Shown: piece after piece, positions 9,828-19,562 of the stretch | Position numbering within the stretch: the stretch's first letter is position 1 | How the letters are laid out: every line of letters begins with the position of its first letter | NCBI GenBank assembly: GCA_029838195.1 | Contig: JALGVJ010000043.1 | Span: 1-29,521 of the forward strand | Reading direction: 5' to 3' | Length of the DNA: 29,521 nucleotides | Origin: Promethearchaeota archaeon | Lineage (GTDB): Archaea > Asgardarchaeota > Lokiarchaeia > Sigyniarchaeales > SOKP01 | The notes under the pieces: generated by a model | The model's database searches: none | What the model was told of the DNA's origin: nothing | What the model saw: only the letters and a program-made list of their open reading frames with translations | Program-made: the position numbers and the translations under genes

Positions 9828-10864
9828 TTTTTCTTTTTTTTATAGTAATCCATCCAATACTCAAACATGCTAGATAAAATTTCGTTTAATGATTGAGTTA
9901 TATTCCATCCCAGCTCTTTCTTAATTTTAGTATTATCCCCCCAAATCACGTCTTCATCTGTTTTTCTTAATTTTTTGGGCGTGTTTTCCTTCACTTTAAT
10001 GTTCATGGAGGAAAATTTTAGTGCTTCATTCAAGATTTCCCTAATTTGAATTTTTTTTCCGGAGCAAATATTATAAGTTTCGCCAGGTTTTCCTTTAAGC
10101 GCAGCTAACCAAATTGCTTGGATCGAATCTTTAATTCCGGTAATATCTCTAAAAGGATTGAGGTTGCCCACCTCTAAAATGGGTTCTGCTAAACCTAACT
10201 CGATTTGAGCAATTTTTCTTACAAAATCAGAACACGCATCATGTTTTTTTCGAGGGCCCGTTTGATTAAAAAATCTAAGAATCACGGTCTCGATTCCAAA
10301 ATTGATATAATATTGTCTTGCTAAAAGTTCCGTTGCAATTTTACTTATTCCATAAGGATGAATGGCTTGTAATGGATCTTCTTCTCTTAAAGGCCGCTTA
10401 ATTTCGGAAGTTGTAGTTCCGTATTCAGCGCTGGAACACGCCACGATTACTCTTGATTTAATTTCATGTTTTTTCAAGGGTTCAAAAATGTTTAGTGTAC
10501 CAATAACATTCGTTTCAATGGTTTCAAAAGGATCATTCCACGAAGGAATCACGCGAGATTGGGCTGCAAAATGAAAGATTAAAAAAGGTTGGAGCGTTTG
10601 AATAAGTTCACTCAGACGCGTTCTATTTTTAATATCACAGATATGTATGGATAAATTGTCTCTTATTGTTTCAATGAGAATTTTCTCATTATCGCTTTGA
10701 TCCTTTTTGGAGGATTGCTTTGTTCTTAAATAATGATTTAAATTTTTGAGCTCTTTATGGGGCTTGACCAAGGCATGAATATTATATGTTTTTTTTTCGA
10801 CCAAAAAATCAACAAGATGGGCCCCTAAAAACCCATTTGCTCCTGTTATTATTATATTTTTCAT
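9824..10864 (-). CDS. GDP-sugar SDR enzyme (Rmd/GMD/DmhA-like), paralog 1
   Basis: TGANGFLG, FHFAAQS, CSSAEYG, YGISK (YxxxK), FNQTGPR, VGNLNPFRD. Its stop codon overlaps the ileS stop (TTAA, 9824-9827). Confidence 0.88.
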   Translation of the reverse strand: MKNIIITGANGFLGAHLVDFLVEKKTYNIHALVKPHKELKNLNHYLRTKQSSKKDQSDNEKILIETIRDNLSIHICDIKNRTRLSELIQTLQPFLIFHFAAQSRVIPSWNDPFETIETNVIGTLNIFEPLKKHEIKSRVIVACSSAEYGTTTSEIKRPLREEDPLQAIHPYGISKIATELLARQYYINFGIETVILRFFNQTGPRKKHDACSDFVRKIAQIELGLAEPILEVGNLNPFRDITGIKDSIQAIWLAALKGKPGETYNICSGKKIQIREILNEALKFSSMNIKVKENTPKKLRKTDEDVIWGDNTKIKKELGWNITQSLNEILSSMFEYWMDYYKKKKN

Positions 10865-10887
10865 TAGTATCGTTTTTTTTTAAATAA

Positions 10888-11946
10888 TTAAATAGATGAT
10901 TGAGGCTTTTTTTTATAATAATCCATCCAATAATCGAACATGTCTTTAAGGCTTTTTTCTAATGGAATTTTAATCGTCCAACCCAATTCTCTCTTGATTT
11001 TTGAATTGTCTCCTATCATCATGCTCTCATCAGTTTCTCTTAGTTTTTCGGAGGTATTTTCTTTTACTTTTATTGGTGTATTTGAGAAACTTAAAGCGAT
11101 TTGTAATAAAGAACGAATTTGAGTTTGGATACCAGAACACACGTGATATGTTTCCCCTGGTCTTCCTCTTGTAGCAACTAACCAAAGAGCTTCTACTGTA
11201 TCTCTAACATCCGTAAAATCACGAATCGGATTCAAATTTCCTACTTCTAAAACGGGTTCAGAAAGCCCTAATTCTATTAGTACGATTTTTCTAATAAAAT
11301 CCGAAGTAACATCATTCATTCTACGAGGGCCCGTTTGATTAAAAAAACGGGTAACGACAGATTCTATTCCAAAATTTATCCAATACTGACGAGCAAGTAA
11401 TTCTGCCGCTATTTTACTTATTCCATAGGGATGAACTGCTTTTAATGGATCTTCTTCTCTTAAAGGGCGATTAATTTCAGAAGTCGTCGTTCCAAATTCT
11501 GCGCTTGTACAGGCAACGACTACACGGGAATTAATTTTGAATTTTTTTAAAGGTTCGAACACGTTTAATGTTCCAATTACATTTATTTCCATGGTGTTTA
11601 CCGGATCCTCCCAGGATGGTTTTATATAGGGTTGAGCGCCTAAATGAAAAATATATTTCGGTTTTAAATGAATAATGATCTTTTCTAATAATTTCCTATT
11701 TTTCAAATCGCATTCCAGGAACTTTAAATTCTCTCTATTACTCTTGATCAAGATATTTTCATCAAGGAATTTCGTTTTTTCTTGATTTTTATAATTATTT
11801 TCCTTCAAGAGATAATGATAAACATTTCGAAAAGAAGCAGAGGGTCTATCTAATGCGAAAATAGTATAATTCTTATTAATACAATAATCAATTAAATGAG
11901 AACCAATAAAGCCATTAGAACCCGTAATAAGAATATTCTCTTTCAT
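10888..11946 (-). CDS. GDP-sugar SDR enzyme (Rmd/GMD/DmhA-like), paralog 2
   Basis: TGSNGFIG, FHLGAQP, CTSAEFG, YGISK, FNQTGPR, VGNLNPIRDFTDVRD; collinear with paralog 1. Confidence 0.88.
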   Translation of the reverse strand: MKENILITGSNGFIGSHLIDYCINKNYTIFALDRPSASFRNVYHYLLKENNYKNQEKTKFLDENILIKSNRENLKFLECDLKNRKLLEKIIIHLKPKYIFHLGAQPYIKPSWEDPVNTMEINVIGTLNVFEPLKKFKINSRVVVACTSAEFGTTTSEINRPLREEDPLKAVHPYGISKIAAELLARQYWINFGIESVVTRFFNQTGPRRMNDVTSDFIRKIVLIELGLSEPVLEVGNLNPIRDFTDVRDTVEALWLVATRGRPGETYHVCSGIQTQIRSLLQIALSFSNTPIKVKENTSEKLRETDESMMIGDNSKIKRELGWTIKIPLEKSLKDMFDYWMDYYKKKPQSSI

Positions 11947-11965
11947 TTTCAGTAGAATTTTTTAA

Positions 11966-13099
11966 TTATCTAATTAATCCTTTATTTGATAGCTCTTTTA
12001 AAGCTGTATTTGAAACATCTTTAGGCGGACTGGCTTGATCTTGAACCCATTCTATTAAATCATTAACTCCTTTTTCAAAAGAATATAATGGTTTATATCC
12101 TAGCACCTTTTTAGCTTTTGAAATATCCGCAACGCAATGTCTTATATCTCCAATACGATAGTTTTGGTTGTAAATAGGTGATAATTTTGGATTAATTTTT
12201 TTTGTCATGATTTCTGCTACTTTTTTAATGGTAATGGAGATTCCAGAACCTAAATTAAAGATTTGCCCTCGGGCAGGTTCTTTTTCCATTGCTAAAATTA
12301 AACCTTGACAGATATCCTTTACATGAACAAAATCTCGTGTTTGCAAACCATCTTCAAAGACAATTGGAGGTTTATTATTTAATAATCGAGAAGCAAAAAT
12401 CGCACACACTCCAGTATATGGATTAGATAAGGATTGACGAGAACCATACACTAAAAAGAATCTTAAAATAGTTGTATTAATTCCATAAGTTTTTCCAATT
12501 AATAAACTCATTTGTTCTTGCACTTGTTTTGATAACGCATACACGGAACTTGGATTAAAAGGTGTAGATTCATCAGTGAATTCAGGCTTTAATACACTAC
12601 CACATGTAGGACATGTTAAGTCCCATTGCTTTTGTAATAATTGAGTTTCATTTCTTAATTTGGGATAAATTATACCACAGTTAGGGCAAGAGGATTTTCC
12701 TTCTCCATAGATCGTGTTTGAAGAGGCTATAATGAGTTTTTCTACCGAATGATCTTCATTTGCAAGAATATTCAGAAGATTTGCGGTTCCTTGAATGTTT
12801 GTATCAGTATATTTTTTAATCTCATACATTGATTGCCCCACACCGACCATTGCGGCGAGGTGATAAACAATTTCATGATTTTTTAATAGCTCTTTCATGA
12901 GAGAATAATCTAAAATAGACCCGCAAATAAAATTACATTCATCATTAAGAAAGGTAGGAGGTTTTTTTGTTTTTCCATGCACTTGCTCTTCTAGAGAATC
13001 CAAGACAGTAATTTCGTGGTTCTTTAGCGTTATCAATTCATCTACTAAATGAGACCCGATAAATCCGGCTCCTCCCGTAATCAAAATTTTTTTCTGCAC
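11966..13099 (-). CDS. NAD-dependent nucleotide-sugar epimerase/dehydratase with CxxC-CxxC insertion (WbiB-like)
   Basis: TGGAGFIG, HLAAMVGVGQSM, YALSK, QSLSNPYTGV, FEDGLQTRDFVHV; GTG start. Confidence 0.88.
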   Translation of the reverse strand: MQKKILITGGAGFIGSHLVDELITLKNHEITVLDSLEEQVHGKTKKPPTFLNDECNFICGSILDYSLMKELLKNHEIVYHLAAMVGVGQSMYEIKKYTDTNIQGTANLLNILANEDHSVEKLIIASSNTIYGEGKSSCPNCGIIYPKLRNETQLLQKQWDLTCPTCGSVLKPEFTDESTPFNPSSVYALSKQVQEQMSLLIGKTYGINTTILRFFLVYGSRQSLSNPYTGVCAIFASRLLNNKPPIVFEDGLQTRDFVHVKDICQGLILAMEKEPARGQIFNLGSGISITIKKVAEIMTKKINPKLSPIYNQNYRIGDIRHCVADISKAKKVLGYKPLYSFEKGVNDLIEWVQDQASPPKDVSNTALKELSNKGLIR

Positions 13100-13177
13100 G
13101 TAATTTTAGCTCTTTACATTCGGTTATAACTTAATTATCATTAAATATTAAAAAATAAATAAATCATTACACCTAAT

Positions 13178-14185
13178 TCAGATATTTTCTAAAATTAAAC
13201 CTTTATCAGTAAATTTAAAATCAATTAATTTTCCCGTCTGATTATTTAAAGCGGAGATAACTTTGTCTTTTTTCTCAGGATTAACCAGCCAGATCATGCA
13301 GCCTCCACCACCAGCTCCACACACGCGACCGCCTAAGCCACCATTCTTCATCACTAATTCATGAAGGTTTTTCATGTAATCTGTAGTGATTAAAGGATTA
13401 AATTTAGTTTTTTCCTTCCAATCTTGTGTTAATAATTTTCCGAACGTTTCAAAATCTTCAGAAATTAGCGAATCTCTAACATGAAGGGCTATTGTTTTCA
13501 AAGTATCCAAGGAATGTCTTGCTTTTTTTTTATTCTCTAAATACAAATTTACTTGTTTTCCTACTAAATTTCCGCTTACATGAGGTTCACCGGTATAAAA
13601 GAGAATTAAATTATTTTCTAATTTTTGTTTAAATGACGCCGATATTTTAAGAGGATTAACTTTAACATTATTTCCTCCCAAAAACTCAATCGCATTTAAA
13701 CCACCGTGAACTGCAGCGTATTGATCTTGACGTCCTCCAGGATTTTTCAAGATTTCCGTTTCGATAATATATGCTTTTTCTGCTATTTCATTAAGAGAAA
13801 ATTTCGTGTTTGATAATCTTAAAATACCCGCTAATAAGGAAGTACACAGACTCGCAGAGGCACCCAATCCTGCACGCTTTGGAGCTTCACCGTGGAGAAA
13901 AATATCCATTCCTAATTTAGGTTGGATATAATATAGGATAGAATTTATCAGATCGTTTGTCTTATTATCTGGATTGAAGATTTTAATTTTTTTATATTCA
14001 TATGAAATAAAAGAATCACTCGAATAAATCCGAATCGCATTATCTTCTCGTACACTCAAAATAGATCTAAAATATTTATTAATCGTCACATTAACAACAA
14101 ATCCACCGTGATCTGACGAATATGGCTCGACATCCGTTCCCCCTCCTCCAAATGAAATTCTTACCGGAGTTTTACTTAATAGCAT
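13178..14185 (-). CDS. GHMP kinase, HddA-like (heptose-7-phosphate 1-kinase family)
   Basis: PVRISFGGGGTD, PKRAGLGAS, GGRQDQY, GAGGGG. Confidence 0.88.
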   Translation of the reverse strand: MLLSKTPVRISFGGGGTDVEPYSSDHGGFVVNVTINKYFRSILSVREDNAIRIYSSDSFISYEYKKIKIFNPDNKTNDLINSILYYIQPKLGMDIFLHGEAPKRAGLGASASLCTSLLAGILRLSNTKFSLNEIAEKAYIIETEILKNPGGRQDQYAAVHGGLNAIEFLGGNNVKVNPLKISASFKQKLENNLILFYTGEPHVSGNLVGKQVNLYLENKKKARHSLDTLKTIALHVRDSLISEDFETFGKLLTQDWKEKTKFNPLITTDYMKNLHELVMKNGGLGGRVCGAGGGGCMIWLVNPEKKDKVISALNNQTGKLIDFKFTDKGLILENI

Positions 14186-14196
14186 TCAAATATCAA

Positions 14197-15018
14197 CTAA
14201 TTATTGTGAATTAACTCGACATTTATTTTAAGTTTCTTGATTTCATCAATTAATAGATGGGCTAATTTTTGATGCCCTAATTTTGAAAGATAAAAATTAT
14301 TTGGAAGGAGCAAATTTTTTTCATTTTCTGTTATGGAATATAAATCAATTAAAGTGCACTTGAATTTTTCTGAGATTCCACATATAATTTCATTATATCT
14401 AATGATATCCTTTAGATCATGGAAAATAACTAAATTTGAATGTTTTTGTCCAAAAGTTGCATTTTGTGGTTTAGGAATATTGATTAAGATTGGAATGCTT
14501 CCAAAATTCATGATTTCTTTAATTATTTTTTCATAATTTTTTTTAAAATCTTTTATGTCAATATTATTTTTTCTGAATTTTAACAAATAATACCGAATTT
14601 TTGAGTACTAGTGTAAAAATTTATTATTTTTGAATTTGACCATTTTAAGGTTTATCATTATCATTTCTTCTTTTGTTAAAAAGCGGGGCAAACAGTCATT
14701 TATTCCTAAATGCAGGGTGATTATATTCGGTTCAAATTGTTTGAAATCATATAGTAATCTTGCCGGAATGGATTGGAAATATGTGTTATTAATATGGGTT
14801 CCAATAATAAATTGCTTTAAATCATAGAGAATTTTTAATTTTTTACTTTGAAATTTACAATGATTAGCGGCTCGTGCGAGAAGGAAAACATCAAGGTGCC
14901 CTTTGGTTCTCAAATACTTTTTTAAAAGAAAATTATAATTTTCTTCAAAAGAATTTAAATGGGATTTTTCATAGGTCATTGAATCTCCTAAAATAATGAT
15001 TCTCTTGTCCTTTTTCAT
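14197..15018 (-). pseudogene. SGNH/GDSL hydrolase-family gene interrupted by one in-frame TAG
   Basis: The two ORFs share a frame and are joined as ...KFLH-TAG(14610-14608)-YSKIRYYL-LKFRK.... Block I LGDS and block III GIND are present; block V DxxH is replaced by NNFY. Confidence 0.75.
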
Positions 15019-15424
15019 GATATCCTTGATAAAATTATTCTTATAACTTTAAAAAGAAAAAAGAATGAAATTAAAAATGTTTTATTACATTAAAACTCGT
15101 TTAAAAATGAATGTCTTAATAAGAGAATAATTTCATGATTACCAAAACATGAGCTTTGATTATGATTCTTTAATTCTATTGGGTGTATAACTTCCTTAAA
15201 GCAAGTATTCGTTTAATGGTAAAACTAGCTAAAGGAATGAAGATTGAATGATTATTTGAAATTTCAAAAATTACTCCGAATTGTTTAATATTTTTAAATT
15301 GCATTAAATTAAGTTTTAATTGAATTATTAAAAAGAAATCAGTTTATTTTGAATCATGAATTATATTTTCCAATTTATTAATTATACTGCATGTTAAATT
15401 AAATCCCATAATTCTTGAAAAAAG

Positions 15425-16435
15425 ATGATCATACGCGCGAGAGCACCATTCAGAATTTCATTCGGAGGTGGCGGAACGGACATGGCACCCTATTGTACCG
15501 AACATGGTGGGTGTGTGATAAATACGACGATTGATCGCCACGTGCATGTTTCTTTGAAGGAACGAGACGACAAGAAAATTAAGGTGGTCTTGTCTAATTC
15601 TAATAAAAGTTATATCTTTGATATTGGAGATAGAAAATATGAGAATGAAATAGAAATTTTTAAGGCAACAGTTAATATTTTAAAGGTCTCACATGGATTT
15701 GACATTACCATCTATTCAGATTTACCAGCAGGTTCTGGCATGGGAGGCTCATCAGCTTTAACCGTTGCTTTAATAGGTGCTTTTGAAAAATTTTATCAAT
15801 TAAATTTATCAAGAAAAGAAATAGCAGAAAAAGCTTATTATATTGAAAGAATAGAACTAAATCAGAAAGGAGGATATCAAGACCAATATGCCTCTTCTTT
15901 TGGAGGTTTTAATTTCATTAAATTTTCAAAAGATATAGACGTGATGCCAGTAAAAGTAAATCATGATATTATAAATGAATTGCATTTTCGATTAATTTTA
16001 TGTTATATAGGAGGCACCCATTTTTCATCTTCAATCCAAGAAGATGTTTTAGAAAAATATAAAATCAAAAGAAAATCTTTTTTAGAGGCAATGGATGATT
16101 TAAAGCGCGTGGCACGAGACATGCGAGATTTACTGGAATCTAATAATATAAAAGAGCTAAATAGATTTGGAGAATTAATGCATGAAGGCTGGTTGGCTAA
16201 AAAAAGTTTGAGTTCAAAAATTTCAAATGAAAATATTGAGAGATTTTATCTTCTCTCAAGAAAACACGGGGTAATTGGAGGAAAACTGCTTGGTGCAGGT
16301 GGGGGAGGGCATTTATTACTTTTTTCAAACCCTGATAAAAAATATAATGTAATTCAAGAATTGGAAAAAATTGGAGGAAAAATTGTTAATTTCCATTTTA
16401 ATCCAAATGGTTTGGAATCATGGGTAATAAATTAA
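15425..16435 (+). CDS. hddA: D-glycero-alpha-D-manno-heptose-7-phosphate kinase (GHMP family)
   Basis: APFRISFGGGGTD, LPAGSGMGGSS, GGYQDQY, GGKLLGAGGGG; directly upstream of gmhA. Confidence 0.88.
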   Translation: MIIRARAPFRISFGGGGTDMAPYCTEHGGCVINTTIDRHVHVSLKERDDKKIKVVLSNSNKSYIFDIGDRKYENEIEIFKATVNILKVSHGFDITIYSDLPAGSGMGGSSALTVALIGAFEKFYQLNLSRKEIAEKAYYIERIELNQKGGYQDQYASSFGGFNFIKFSKDIDVMPVKVNHDIINELHFRLILCYIGGTHFSSSIQEDVLEKYKIKRKSFLEAMDDLKRVARDMRDLLESNNIKELNRFGELMHEGWLAKKSLSSKISNENIERFYLLSRKHGVIGGKLLGAGGGGHLLLFSNPDKKYNVIQELEKIGGKIVNFHFNPNGLESWVIN

Positions 16436-16485
16436 ATTCATATTTATTTAAATAAAATAAAGAAATAATTTATAAAAAAAACAAA

Positions 16486-17067
16486 ATGGTTGAAATGAAA
16501 GATGAAGTATTAAAATCTTTAGAAGAAAATATTCATGTAAAAGAAAAATTAAAATCTCAGGCAGATTTGATCGTACGAATCGCTGAATTAATGATTAAAG
16601 CTTATAAAAATGGTAATAAAATAATATTATTTGGAAACGGAGGAAGTGCCGCCGATGCTCAACATATTGCAGCGGAACTTGTAGGTAAATTTTATAAAAA
16701 TCGACAAGCATTACCCGCATTAGCGTTTAATGTTAATAGTTCAATTGTTACTGCTACTGCGAATGATTTTGGATATGAACATGTTTTTGAAAGACAAGTA
16801 GAAGCACACGTCAATCAAGGTGATATCGTTATTGGAATAAGCACTTCCGGAAATTCTCCCAATGTACTACGGGGAATTCAAAAAGCAAAAGAATTGGGTG
16901 CCATTTCCATTGGATTCACGGGAGCGCAAGAAAACAAATTGGAGAAAATTGTAGATTTTTGCTTGAAAGTCCCTTCAAATGATACACCCCGCATTCAAGA
17001 AGCTCATATTACGATTGGTCATATTATTTGTTATTTAATTGAAAAAGAGCTTTTTGGTTCTGATTAA
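16486..17067 (+). CDS. gmhA: Sedoheptulose-7-phosphate isomerase
   Basis: GNGGSAADAQHIAAE, TANDFGY, STSGNS, TPRIQEAH. Confidence 0.96.
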   Translation: MVEMKDEVLKSLEENIHVKEKLKSQADLIVRIAELMIKAYKNGNKIILFGNGGSAADAQHIAAELVGKFYKNRQALPALAFNVNSSIVTATANDFGYEHVFERQVEAHVNQGDIVIGISTSGNSPNVLRGIQKAKELGAISIGFTGAQENKLEKIVDFCLKVPSNDTPRIQEAHITIGHIICYLIEKELFGSD

Positions 17068-17068
17068 T

Positions 17069-17695
17069 GTGAAGAAAGTAGCAATTTCAATACATGCCAC
17101 TAAAGATTTTGATCCTAATGTGTTAAATGGGATTACAGGTCATGATTTAATCCATGTGGATGTAATGGATGGCAAATTTGTTAAGACTGAAAACTTGAAT
17201 TTAATTGTTTTTCAAGAATTAAAGACAAATTATAAATTACCTATTTTAGCCCATATGATGGTAACAGAACCTCAAATTTATATCGAACGCATTATTAAAC
17301 ATGTAGATTTTTATGTTTTTCATTTTGAAAGTGAAGGAAATAAATCGAACATTATCAAACTCATTAAAAAAAATGGAAAAAAGGTGGGGATAGCCTTAAA
17401 TCCAGAAACGCCTGTAAAATCCGTTCTTCCCTTTTTAAATGAATTAGATGTGGTATTAATCATGTCCGTCAATCCCGGATGGTCTGGACAAACCTTTCTT
17501 CCTAATAGTATTTTTAAAGTAAATGAATTAGCACGTTATAAAACAATATATAATTTTGAAATTGATATTGATGGGGGAATCAATTTAGAAAACGCTAGGA
17601 AACTCGCAAAAGTAGATATCTTGAGCAGTTCAAGTACAATTTTAAAATCAGAGAATCCAACGCTCACGATTCAAAAATTAAAATATTCTAAGTGA
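17069..17695 (+). CDS. rpe: Ribulose-phosphate 3-epimerase (divergent)
   Basis: HVDVMDGKFV, AHMMV, GIALNPETP, MSVNPGWSGQ, IDGGI. Likely start is GTG at 17069, just after the gmhA stop. Confidence 0.9.
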   Translation: MKKVAISIHATKDFDPNVLNGITGHDLIHVDVMDGKFVKTENLNLIVFQELKTNYKLPILAHMMVTEPQIYIERIIKHVDFYVFHFESEGNKSNIIKLIKKNGKKVGIALNPETPVKSVLPFLNELDVVLIMSVNPGWSGQTFLPNSIFKVNELARYKTIYNFEIDIDGGINLENARKLAKVDILSSSSTILKSENPTLTIQKLKYSK

Positions 17696-17856
17696 TATAT
17701 TTCAAAAATACTGCTAATAAAGAAAGAGTAATGAAAAGAAAAATTAATATTTCTCATGAGAACTTATATTAATTATAAATTTAGAAGATTTTTTTTTCTT
17801 TTTTCGATTAAATCTTAATTAATAGATATTGAATTTTTATTAACGTGATGCGAAAA

Positions 17857-18516
17857 ATGGAATTTTTTATAGATACTGCTAATATTGAGCAAATAAAAGA
17901 AATGCAGGAATTGGGCATAATTGATGGTGTAACCACTAATCCCACTTTACTCGCAAAAGAAGGCGTGGAACCTAAGGAACAATTGAAAAAAATCTGTGAA
18001 ATCGTTAAAGGTCCCGTGAGTGCTGAGGTCATTGGTTTAACTTCAGAAGAAATGATTAAAGAAGCTCGTGAATTATCAAAAATCGCTCCCAATATTGTTA
18101 TTAAAATACCCATGACGAAAGAAGGAATAAAAGCCGTGAAAAAACTGGAAGCGGAAAGCATTAAAACAAATGTCACTTTAGTATTTTCACAGAATCAAGT
18201 TTTAATTGCGGCTAAAGCAGGAGCTTCATATATTAGTCCTTTTATTGGGAGATTAATGGATAATGGTCAGGACGAAATCGCAATGTTAAAAGAAAGCATG
18301 GAAATCATAAAAATATATGGTTTTAAATCAAAAATCATTGTAGCTTCTATAAGGAATGCCAGACACGTGATTGAGGCGGCTAAAATGGGTGCTCATGTGG
18401 CTACTATTCCTTTTAATGTTTTGGAAAAAATGTTTGTTCATCCAAATACAGAAAAAGGTTTAAAATCATTTTTAGAAGATTGGGAGAAACTACAACATAA
18501 ATTAAAAAGAAAATGA
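17857..18516 (+). CDS. tal: Transaldolase (short TalC/MipB type)
   Basis: [15 protein letters not shown], Schiff-base VIKIP. Glu in SAEV and Phe in SPFIGR favour transaldolase over fructose-6-phosphate aldolase. Alternative start at 17848. Confidence 0.92.
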   Translation: MEFFIDTANIEQIKEMQELGIIDGVTTNPTLLAKEGVEPKEQLKKICEIVKGPVSAEVIGLTSEEMIKEARELSKIAPNIVIKIPMTKEGIKAVKKLEAESIKTNVTLVFSQNQVLIAAKAGASYISPFIGRLMDNGQDEIAMLKESMEIIKIYGFKSKIIVASIRNARHVIEAAKMGAHVATIPFNVLEKMFVHPNTEKGLKSFLEDWEKLQHKLKRK

Positions 18517-18535
18517 TATTATTATATTTAATTTC

Positions 18536-19525
18536 ATGAATTTTCAAGAAATTATTGAAACTTGGAAAGATAAAAAAATCTTAATTATTGGCGAAGCTTT
18601 ATTGGATAAATATATTTACGGTGTAGCTAATAAAATCTCGCCTGATGCCCCAGTTCCAAATATTAAGATTGAAAAAACAGACATTTTTTTAGGGGGAATT
18701 GGATTAGTAACTAAATTTATTAAATCATTAGGAGGAACACCAATTCCTTGTACTGCCGTGGGAAATGATTTTGAAGGTTCATATTTTTTACAGGAACTTC
18801 ATAATTTAAATATAGATTCCTCTCATGTTATCTCTGCAAAAGGGATTAAAACGCCTCAAATTACAAGAATTAAAGCCATGGACCAACATGTCCTTCGATT
18901 AGAGACAAATTATGAGAAAGAGATTCCTTCCCAAACCTCAGAATCCATATGTAATTCGGCTTGTTCTATATCAGATAGTGTTGATGCGATATTATTCTTA
19001 AATTATGGATTAGGAGGATTATTTAATGAACAATTTATAACAACATTATTAACCCGCTTGAAAACAGTATATAATAAAGTTCCCATAATAGCCCGCCCAA
19101 ATTTCGATAATTATTATCTCTATGAAGACGTGGATCTAATAAAAATGACCTTATTTAAAGCGCTTCAAACATCTTCGATTGAATGTTGTACGGAAACAAG
19201 CATATCTATTGTTGGTAAAAAAATTATCACGAATACAAGAGCAAAAAATGTTTTTTTTAATGATATAGAATCTACTTCTTATTTATTTAGTAAAAATTCA
19301 GAAAGAATTGAAAAAATCGAAATTAAATTAAAAAATCCCATACGTAGTTATATTGCTGTTGGTAGCACGATAATGGCGGTTTTAGGTTTGGCATGCGCAG
19401 CTAAAGCAAGTCCCATGGAAGCTGTTAATTTGGCATTACATGCGGCATTATATAGTGCTTCCGTTCCACCAATTGAATTCTTTAATTCTGAGACGCTACT
19501 ATTTCATTTAAATTCATTACAATAG
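18536..19525 (+). CDS. RfaE-I/HldA-like PfkB-fold protein with degenerate catalytic motifs
   Basis: ILIIGEALLDKYIYG...ISPDAPVP, VGNDFEG and QHVLRLE match the HldE kinase domain; GAGD is replaced by AVGS. Confidence 0.8.
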   Translation: MNFQEIIETWKDKKILIIGEALLDKYIYGVANKISPDAPVPNIKIEKTDIFLGGIGLVTKFIKSLGGTPIPCTAVGNDFEGSYFLQELHNLNIDSSHVISAKGIKTPQITRIKAMDQHVLRLETNYEKEIPSQTSESICNSACSISDSVDAILFLNYGLGGLFNEQFITTLLTRLKTVYNKVPIIARPNFDNYYLYEDVDLIKMTLFKALQTSSIECCTETSISIVGKKIITNTRAKNVFFNDIESTSYLFSKNSERIEKIEIKLKNPIRSYIAVGSTIMAVLGLACAAKASPMEAVNLALHAALYSASVPPIEFFNSETLLFHLNSLQ

Positions 19526-19562
19526 ATTTAAAAATTCCGATATTTTTCTATTTGACAGAAGA

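Noticed and set aside
15255-15268. Palindrome TTTGAAATTTCAAA, and a similar inverted repeat at 5070-5119
   Set aside because: Almost entirely A/T and expected by chance at this composition
13178-18516. Selenocysteine readthrough at the TGA stops of the hddA-like gene, rpe and tal
   Set aside because: All three proteins appear complete at the TGA
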